A stretch of DNA of 64,000 nucleotides, taken from positions 992,001 to 1,056,000 of the forward strand of contig CAXXVL010000002.1 in assembly GCA_963667845.2 (NCBI GenBank), read 5' to 3'. The notes under the pieces were generated by a model. That model saw nothing but the letters and a program-made list of their open reading frames with translations. It did no database searches and had not been told where the DNA came from. A program made the position numbers and the translations under genes. This document shows, piece after piece, positions 61,099 to 64,000 of the stretch (positions are counted from its first letter, which is position 1; each line of letters begins with the position of its first letter). The DNA is from Smithellaceae bacterium (GTDB lineage: Bacteria > Desulfobacterota > Syntrophia > Syntrophales > Smithellaceae).

Positions 61099-61446
61099 TC
61101 ATAATTCCGGGGCGCCCGACGGGATCAGACAGACGAAAACCAAAGGCCCATCGCCCCTGTTGCGAATCTGATGTTCTTCATTGCCGGGAACAAATATCGC
61201 ATGGCCTGCCGAAAAGGGATGCCAGTCCCCGTTCCAGACTTCACCCGAGCCCGCGTGAATGAAGATTTCATGCTCCCAGGGGTGCGTGTGCCGCGGCGTA
61301 TGTCCACCCGGAGCAACTTCAAAGACACGCATGCAAAAGTTGTTTGCGTGGTCAGCGCTGCCGATCACGACACGGCCGGAAACGCCGTGGGCCAGCTCAT
61401 TATCGAAACGGGTTGGCAAAATGGAACTGTAGTCAATGACTTTCAT
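61099..61446 (-). CDS. Cupin domain protein
   Basis: PGGHTPRHTHPWEHE, FVPGNEEHQ. Confidence 0.9.
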   Translation of the reverse strand: MKVIDYSSILPTRFDNELAHGVSGRVVIGSADHANNFCMRVFEVAPGGHTPRHTHPWEHEIFIHAGSGEVWNGDWHPFSAGHAIFVPGNEEHQIRNRGDGPLVFVCLIPSGAPEL

Positions 61447-61535
61447 ACGGTCCTCCTCAAGTCGGGATACCTGCTCTGTAAAATCTTAGTAAAAGAGAAT
61501 CTTTCAGACAGCGGCTGTACTGAAATGACGCCGAA

Positions 61536-63122
61536 TCAGCTTTTTTCCATCGTTTTATGGAATTGAATCTGCGGCCACTCTTCCATGGTATGGGAAAGGC
61601 GCCAGTCGCTGAGCGCCAAATAAACGAGATTGCCTTCCGTGTCCATCGCCAGGTTCATCAGATTCTTCTTCTGGAAATCTTCCAGCTTCTTCGCGTCATC
61701 GCAGGTAACCCAGCGGGCGGCGGCGTAGTCCGTCTTTTCGTAGTCGGCATAAACACTGTATTCATCTTTGAGGCGAGCCATCGTCACATCAAACTGCAAA
61801 GAGCCCACCGCACCCAGGATGTTGTCCGATCCCCACAGGGGTTTAAAGACCTGGATAGCGCCTTCCTCGGAAAGCTGCGTCAATCCCTTCTGTAAATGTT
61901 TCAGACGCAAGGGATCTTTGAGGCGCACGCGGCAGAAATGTTCGGGGGCGAAATGCGGAATGCCGGTAAACTTGAGCGGTTCTTTTTGCGAGAACGTATC
62001 GCCGACTTTAATGGTGCCGTGGTTGTGGATACCGATGATATCACCGGGATAAGCTTCTTCGACATTGGTCCGGTCCTGCGCCATGAAGATAGTGGCATTG
62101 GATAAGGAGACTTCCTTGCCGATGCGATGCTGCATGACGTGCATGCCGCGTTCGAATTTGCCTGAACAGATGCGCATGAAGGCGATGCGATCCCGATGGG
62201 CGGGATCCATATTGGCCTGGATTTTAAAGACGAATCCGGAGAAGTCATCTTCGTCCGGGTTGACGATCCGCGTAGTGGTGGGGCGGGGAACAGGGGGAGG
62301 GGCGATTTCAATGAACGCATCCAACAGTTCTTTTACACCGAAGTTGTTGATGGCGCTGCCGAAAAAGACCGGCGTCTGCCCGGCCTTCAAATACTCTTTG
62401 ATATCGAAAGGATTTGCCGCGCCTTCCAGCAGCGCAATTTCTTCCCGGAGTTCTCCGGCCTGACTTTCCAGGAGCTCATCGAGCAGCGGGTCGGCCAGAT
62501 CATTGATTACCACCCCGCCATCCGTACGTTTTGCTTTCCCCGGCGTGAAAAGATGCAACTTTTTGTCGTAGAGATTATAGACCCCCTTGAATCGTTTGCC
62601 CATACCGATCGGCCAGGACAGGGGCGAGCATTCAATCTGCAATTTTTCTTCAATATCCTCCAGAAGATCCAGCGGCGCGAGGCAGTCGCGGTCCATTTTA
62701 TTGATGAAGGTAATGATGGGTGTATTGCGCAGTCGGCAGACTTCCATGAGCTTTTGCGTTTGAGTTTCCACGCCCTTGGCCCCGTCAATCACCATCAGCG
62801 CGCTGTCCACAGCGGTGAGCACGCGGTATGTGTCTTCGGAAAAATCCTGGTGGCCCGGTGTGTCGAGCAGGTTGATTTCGCAGCCGGCATATTCAAACTT
62901 CATGACGGACGACGTCACGGAGATGCCTCGTTCTTTTTCAATGGACATCCAGTCGCTCAAAGCGTGCTTCGATGCTTTGCGGGCTTTTACCGCACCGGCC
63001 AATTGAATGGCTCCGCCGAACAGCAGCAGTTTTTCGGTGAGCGTCGTCTTTCCGGCATCGGGATGACTGATGATACCGAAAGTGCGCCGGCGTTCTATTT
63101 CTTTTTGCAGTTGCTTGTTCAA
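61536..63122 (-). CDS. prfC: Peptide chain release factor 3
   Basis: [42 protein letters not shown]. Confidence 0.97.
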   Translation of the reverse strand: MNKQLQKEIERRRTFGIISHPDAGKTTLTEKLLLFGGAIQLAGAVKARKASKHALSDWMSIEKERGISVTSSVMKFEYAGCEINLLDTPGHQDFSEDTYRVLTAVDSALMVIDGAKGVETQTQKLMEVCRLRNTPIITFINKMDRDCLAPLDLLEDIEEKLQIECSPLSWPIGMGKRFKGVYNLYDKKLHLFTPGKAKRTDGGVVINDLADPLLDELLESQAGELREEIALLEGAANPFDIKEYLKAGQTPVFFGSAINNFGVKELLDAFIEIAPPPVPRPTTTRIVNPDEDDFSGFVFKIQANMDPAHRDRIAFMRICSGKFERGMHVMQHRIGKEVSLSNATIFMAQDRTNVEEAYPGDIIGIHNHGTIKVGDTFSQKEPLKFTGIPHFAPEHFCRVRLKDPLRLKHLQKGLTQLSEEGAIQVFKPLWGSDNILGAVGSLQFDVTMARLKDEYSVYADYEKTDYAAARWVTCDDAKKLEDFQKKNLMNLAMDTEGNLVYLALSDWRLSHTMEEWPQIQFHKTMEKS

Positions 63123-63487
63123 AATATCCTCATGAGAGTGAATGATCTAACACCAGATGTACGCCGTCATACCCATCCATTAGATGGTCCTGGAACGGGT
63201 CATCTTGCCGCCCGGCGCGGCGACCGGGGATTCATGGCACGATCCATTTCGTTTCATTTGCAGATGGGTCGGCTAATCGATTTGATCGCGTATCGTTTGT
63301 CATACGGGAGTCTTACTATAATAAAAAAGCGGGCATACGCCCGACTTTTCGTTTCTCATAACCAATAAATCTTCCGCTGTCAACTGTGAAGAAAACCTGC
63401 GCCCGAGGCCTGTCGGCATTCCGCCATTGATGTTTCGAAAAATTCCTTGACAAATAAGGGATGTTGAATAAAAGTCACTGGCCATGA

Positions 63488-63562
63488 GCGGGCGTAATTC
63501 AGTGGTAGAATGTCAGCTTCCCAAGCTGGACGCCGTGGGTTCGAGCCCCATCGCCCGCTCCA
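63488..63562 (+). tRNA. tRNA-Gly (CCC)
   Basis: Cloverleaf GCGGGCG/CGCCCGC, anticodon loop TTCCCAA, TTCGA T-loop, encoded CCA; 75 nt. Confidence 0.97.
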
Positions 63563-63666
63563 TTTTTATTTGTCCGACGGCAGGCCGCTTGGGTGGTAAA
63601 TAGTGCTTGCAATGCCTGCCTGTCTATGGTAGTTGCATGTCCAACCATCACTGAAAGTAGTATTTG

Positions 63667-63690
63667 AAGTGGGCTTTCGCCCACTTTTTT
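63667..63690 (+). promoter_or_regulatory. rimP leader terminator hairpin
   Basis: AAGTGGGC-TTTC-GCCCACTT-TTTT just upstream of rimP, the GGGC/GCCC hairpin typical of rimP-nusA leaders. Confidence 0.8.
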
Positions 63691-63709
63691 ATTTTCCGAA
63701 GCGATTGAT

Positions 63710-64000
63710 ATGAACAATGATTTAAGAAACAAGATATGGGAACTAGCCGAACCGATAGCCCTGTCCGAAAGGATGGAGTTGATCCATGTCGAATGCCTGA
63801 AGATGCATACGCGCTGGGTTTTTCGGCTCTTCCTGGACAAGGAAGGCGGCGTCACACTCGACGACTGCACTGCGATCAGTAATCAGCTCGGTGATATTCT
63901 GGATATTCACGATTTATCACGTGGACCCTATACATTGGAAGTATCGTCGCCGGGCCTCGACCGCCCTGTTTCACGCGACCAGGACTTTGTCAGGTTCAGA
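63710..64000 (+). CDS. rimP: Ribosome maturation factor RimP, 3'-truncated by window edge
   Basis: Manual translation MNNDLRNKIWELAEP...LDKEGGVTLDDC...YTLEVSSPGLDRP. Confidence 0.93.
   Translation, partial: MNNDLRNKIWELAEPIALSERMELIHVECLKMHTRWVFRLFLDKEGGVTLDDCTAISNQLGDILDIHDLSRGPYTLEVSSPGLDRPVSRDQDFVRFR

Noticed and set aside
63488..63562. tRNA as an integration site for an island
   Set aside because: No integrase or duplicated tRNA 3' end is seen in the window; flanks are core genes (prfC, rimP).

Overview
This is a gene-dense chromosomal window from an anaerobic Gram-negative bacterium. Gene content and repeat types suggest a syntrophic deltaproteobacterium (Syntrophales, Smithella/Syntrophus-like); this is an inference. 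Core metabolism includes two acyl-CoA ligases, a 3-hydroxyacyl-CoA dehydrogenase, ADP-forming acyl-CoA synthetase alpha/beta subunits, a MaoC pair, def-gcvT-H-PA-PB-lipA, and ilvB-N-C-D with a leader-peptide attenuator. Housekeeping and envelope genes include an RND efflux pump, selA-rluD-pgeF, hldD-kdsB, tatA/B-tatC-PBP1A, prfC, tRNA-Gly(CCC) and a partial rimP. The most notable signal is unannotated and lies in the 28096-28919 gap. It is a stand-alone minus-strand transcription unit: a sigma70 promoter overlapped by a tandem pair of NrdR boxes (31-bp spacing), a ~190-nt RNA folding into a compact four-way junction, and an intrinsic terminator. No ribonucleotide reductase gene lies in the window, so this is a candidate NrdR-controlled structured non-coding RNA. 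Other points of interest are a probable menaquinone methyltransferase (MenK-type), a Bacillus-type YtpB sesquarterpene cyclase, a self-contained sigma54 module driving two small secreted proteins, and an AT-rich cassette of a nucleotidyltransferase plus an 839-aa orphan. No CRISPR array, rRNA, transposase or integrase was seen.
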